Assembly: GCA_963782055.1 (NCBI GenBank)
Contig: CAWAIF010000003.1
Location: 5,824,001 to 5,888,000 of the forward strand
Length of the DNA: 64,000 bases
DNA from: an uncultured delta proteobacterium
GTDB lineage: Bacteria; Myxococcota_A; Polyangia; Polyangiales; Polyangiaceae
Direction of reading: 5' to 3'
Made by a program: the position numbers and the translations under genes. A model generated the notes under the pieces. The model saw only the letters and a list, made by a program, of their open reading frames with translations. It had not been told where the DNA came from and made no database searches. Shown piece after piece: positions 62,830-64,000 of this stretch. How positions within the stretch are numbered: the first letter of the stretch is position 1; each line of letters begins with the position of its first letter.

Positions 62830-64000
62830 ATGCGCATCGCGCTCACTCACAACCTCCGCCTGACAGCCTCGGTGGAGGACGCCGAGTTCGATCCACCAGA
62901 AACGATCGACGCGATCGCGCGAGCTCTCGCGCGCGCCGGCCACGACGTCGACCGCGTCGACGTGAGCGGCCCGCCCTCGCGTCTGGTCTCGCGCCTCGAG
63001 GCGTACTCGCCGGACGTCATCTTCAACACCGCCGAGGGCAAGCGCGGGCGGATGCGCCGCGGCTTCTACGCGGCGCTGTTCGAGGAGATGGGCATGCCCG
63101 CCACGGGCAGCGACGCCTACACGCTCTGCGTGACGCTGGACAAGGCCCTCACCAAGAAGGTGCTCTCCGGTCACGGCGTCTCCAGCCCGCGCGGGCGTCT
63201 GGTGACGCGCGCTTCGCTGCGCAGCGGCGGGCTGGACGACCTCACCTACCCCGTCATCGCCAAGCCCAACTACGAGGGCTCCTCCAAGGGCATCACGCGG
63301 GCGAGCGTCGCGGAGGACCCCATCGAGCTCGGCCGCATGCTGGACGACCTGCTCGAGACCTACCCCGACGGCGTGCTCCTGGAGCGCTACGTGGAGGGCA
63401 TGGACGTGCGCGTCTGCTGCCTGGAGGGCATCGGGCAGCTCCCGCCGGTGGAGCTCCACGTCGACCCGACCTACCCGCGGAAGTTCGCGGTCTACGACTT
63501 CGCCCTGGCCCATGCCGACGCGAGCGCGGTGACGCTGCGCGAGGCACCCCTCGGGGGGCGCGTACGCGAGCGGGTGGAGGAGATCGCCGACCGCACCTTC
63601 GCCGCCCTGGGCATACGCGACGCCGGCTGCCTGGACTTCCGCGTCAGCGGAGACGGCGAGGTCTTCTTCCTCTCCGCCACCGCCCTCCCGAGCTTCACGC
63701 CCGGCGCGGCGCTCCCCTTCTCGGCGCAGCTGCGCGGCATCGACTACGACGCGCTCGTCCACGCCGTGCTGCGCTCGGTCTGCGCGCGCGCCGGTCTGGT
63801 CGCGCAGCTCACCGCCACGCGCCCCCGCGCCCGGGCGAAGCGCAGCACGCTGAAGGTGGGCCTCGCCTTCAACATGAAGCGCATCGGCTCCGCCGCGGGC
63901 GACGATCGCGAGGCGGAGTACGACGCGCCGGAGACCATCCAGTCCATCGCGCGGGCGATCGAGAGCTTCGGGCACACCGTCGTACCGCTGGAGGCGACGC
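62830..64000 (+). CDS. D-Ala-D-Ala ligase-like ATP-grasp protein with tandem domains; truncated by window end and absent from the ORF track
   Basis: MRIALTHNL..DAEFD.PETI, FNTAEG, TGSD, LDKALTK, KPNYEGSSKGI; second domain starts KVGLAFNMKR..EAEYDAPETI. Confidence 0.88.
   Translation, partial: MRIALTHNLRLTASVEDAEFDPPETIDAIARALARAGHDVDRVDVSGPPSRLVSRLEAYSPDVIFNTAEGKRGRMRRGFYAALFEEMGMPATGSDAYTLCVTLDKALTKKVLSGHGVSSPRGRLVTRASLRSGGLDDLTYPVIAKPNYEGSSKGITRASVAEDPIELGRMLDDLLETYPDGVLLERYVEGMDVRVCCLEGIGQLPPVELHVDPTYPRKFAVYDFALAHADASAVTLREAPLGGRVRERVEEIADRTFAALGIRDAGCLDFRVSGDGEVFFLSATALPSFTPGAALPFSAQLRGIDYDALVHAVLRSVCARAGLVAQLTATRPRARAKRSTLKVGLAFNMKRIGSAAGDDREAEYDAPETIQSIARAIESFGHTVVPLEAT

Overview
Very GC-rich bacterial chromosome segment, most likely a myxobacterium of the Polyangiales/Sorangiineae type. 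That call is inferred from a MYXO-CTERM protein, three Ser/Thr kinases, an FHA-sigma54 activator, a DUF1592/DUF1552 pair and many lipoproteins with Asp/Ala/Gly linkers. About 51 real CDS are present, and most long ORF-track entries are GC shadow frames. Core genes: prfB with its +1 frameshift, lysS, lolC/E, lolD, cdaR-cdaA-folP, phoB/phoR-like pair, ribF, holA, ribA. Accessory blocks sit between them: a tandem DHOR-type cytochrome, an RND efflux operon, an allantoin operon with an allantoicase-OHCU decarboxylase fusion, and a TetR/PLP lyase/M81 peptidase operon. There is also an ~8.5 kb FHA-bEBP/sigma54 surface-protein block splitting lolC/E from lolD, a kinase-TPR/PEGA-Cys lipoprotein triad, and an ATP-grasp/M61/double Ddl-like cluster. 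Non-coding signals read by eye: a 6S-like RNA candidate, four sigma54-type promoters, tandem enhancer sites, pho-like boxes, TetR operators and many leaderless promoters. No tRNA, rRNA, CRISPR, transposase or integrase was seen. All family calls come from motif recognition, not database searches.
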